Assembly: GCA_023255955.1 (NCBI GenBank)
Contig: JAGDWD010000010.1
Coordinates: 74,765-98,764 of the forward strand
From: Desulfurococcales archaeon
GTDB lineage: Archaea; Thermoproteota; Thermoprotei_A; Sulfolobales; NBVN01
Length of the DNA: 24,000 nt
Reading direction: 5' to 3'
Positions within the stretch are counted from its first letter, which is position 1, and each line of letters begins with the position of its first letter. This document shows positions 22,869-24,000 of this stretch, one piece after another. Below the pieces are notes generated by a model. That model worked only from the letters and a program-made list of their open reading frames with translations, searched no databases and was not told where the DNA came from. The position numbers and the translations under genes were made by a program.

Positions 22869-24000
22869 TTAAGTCCTTGTTGTACCTGCAGGTATCTCTA
22901 CTCTAGATACGTGGACGGAGCATGAGATGCAGGGGTCGAAGCACCTAATTAAGCTTTTAGCTACTTCAACGGCCTTACTGTCGAGTGCCGAGCCATAGAG
23001 TTTACCCTCTATTAGGTACTCCATGCAGGCTAGGTTCTGTGCTGTAGGTGTTATGATGTTGGAGCTCCTTACCCTCAGGTTATCATCTAGTAGGTACCTA
23101 TGGTAGAGGATTCCTCTGGGAGCCTCAGTTACGGCTACGCAAGGCCCTCTAACACGGCTCACCTTAGGTGGGCTGGATACTGTCCTCTCCCTGTAGCTAC
23201 TGAGGAAGTCTCTTAGTTCGAGTAGTGTGTTGTAGGTCTCAGCTATCCTAGCTACGACGCTTTGGTAGACCCCCCTCAACTCCCTATTCCAACCAAACTC
23301 CTCCAGGAGTTCTCTAACTTCTTCCCTCAAGTACTTCATGTAATTATTGTACCTAGCTATAGGACCTACTAGGTAGGGCTCACCGGTCACGAGCCTATAC
23401 CTCAGAGCATTTGAGTAGCTTACCTGCTCTGTCAGTACGTAGTTCTCGAACGACTCCACCCCGAAGTATGTCCCGTCGTCGAGCACCAACTTATTGCTTG
23501 CCCAGCAGTAACTCCCTGAACATGCCGTGGCCATATACCTCAGTTTGTGGACCTCCTCCGAGATGCTCCTCAATCCTAGGACGAACCTGGCTAGACCCTC
23601 GAAATCATTCAGGATCTCGTTCAGATCCCTACTTAGAGCTCTGACCTTCTCCGAGCTTGGGAAGCTGTAGACTCCCCCAATCCTGATGTTAACTACGTTG
23701 TGGAACCTCCCCCCTAGGATCTCCATAGCCTTCCTAGCCCAGAGAACTATCTTGGAGGCAGACTGGAATAGGTGGGTATAGCTCTCAAATAACTCCCCGA
23801 TGGACCCTAGACCTATGAGGTCGGGTAGGTTCAAGTACGCTACGTGTATTACGTGGCTCTTAACCCTCTCAGCACCTAGCACAGCCATCCTAAGCTCCTC
23901 CTCGTACTCAGGCACCTCAATCTCGAAGCAGTTCTCGAAAGCCCTGCACGCAGTTACTACATATGAAACACCGCAGAGACCGCATATCCTGCTCACTAGA
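22869..24000 (-). CDS. [NiFe]-hydrogenase large subunit (partial; the N-terminus lies beyond the window end)
   Basis: The C-terminal Ni-binding motif DPCISCSVH is followed by a 13-aa extension (VSRVEIPAGTTRT), as expected for endopeptidase processing. The N-terminal motif RICGLCGVSY lies near 23960-23990. The reading frame stays open to position 24000, and the M at 23996 is an internal GTG. Confidence 0.85.
   Translation of the reverse strand, partial: LVSRICGLCGVSYVVTACRAFENCFEIEVPEYEEELRMAVLGAERVKSHVIHVAYLNLPDLIGLGSIGELFESYTHLFQSASKIVLWARKAMEILGGRFHNVVNIRIGGVYSFPSSEKVRALSRDLNEILNDFEGLARFVLGLRSISEEVHKLRYMATACSGSYCWASNKLVLDDGTYFGVESFENYVLTEQVSYSNALRYRLVTGEPYLVGPIARYNNYMKYLREEVRELLEEFGWNRELRGVYQSVVARIAETYNTLLELRDFLSSYRERTVSSPPKVSRVRGPCVAVTEAPRGILYHRYLLDDNLRVRSSNIITPTAQNLACMEYLIEGKLYGSALDSKAVEVAKSLIRCFDPCISCSVHVSRVEIPAGTTRT

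Noticed and set aside
1-24000. Search for CRISPR arrays, IS elements/transposases, integrases and rRNA
   Set aside because: I saw no regularly spaced direct repeats, no terminal inverted repeats flanking a transposase-like ORF, and no rRNA-like sequence.

Overview
The window looks like an archaeal chromosome, probably a hyperthermophilic crenarchaeon (Thermoprotei-like). This is inferred from A/T-rich TATA-like boxes 25-35 bp upstream of starts, frequent GTG/TTG starts, 4-nt ATGA/GTGA gene overlaps, an archaeal-type tRNA-Arg, and archaeal families such as DUF131 and DUF354.

Most of the window is a dense minus-strand housekeeping block. It holds an extracytoplasmic thioredoxin-fold/CcdA pair, a four-subunit 2-oxoacid:ferredoxin oxidoreductase (delta-alpha-beta-gamma), RNase HII, a xylose-isomerase-like TIM-barrel protein, DUF354, gamma-glutamyltransferase, a single-domain MGMT, a DHPS-like pterin-binding protein, and a [NiFe]-hydrogenase large subunit truncated at the window edge.

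Two AT-richer plus-strand insertions interrupt this block.

1. 12970-16874 is a tightly packed three-gene operon in which I recognise no family signature. It encodes a 317-aa alpha/beta protein, a 689-aa polytopic membrane protein with a ~400-aa helical cytoplasmic domain, and a 291-aa protein with a small beta-rich N-domain plus a helical domain. This is my best candidate for an undescribed system.
2. 19156-22868 lies next to the tRNA. It carries a transglutaminase-like membrane protein with a perfect 33-bp in-frame tandem duplication, and a decayed beta-helix/Thr-rich surface-protein pseudogene.

Other notable points are a HypC-hotdog thioesterase fusion whose conserved Cys is preceded by ACG instead of ATG, and a DUF457 gene whose conserved N-terminus runs up to an ATA codon.

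All calls rest on motif reading by eye. No database searches were run.
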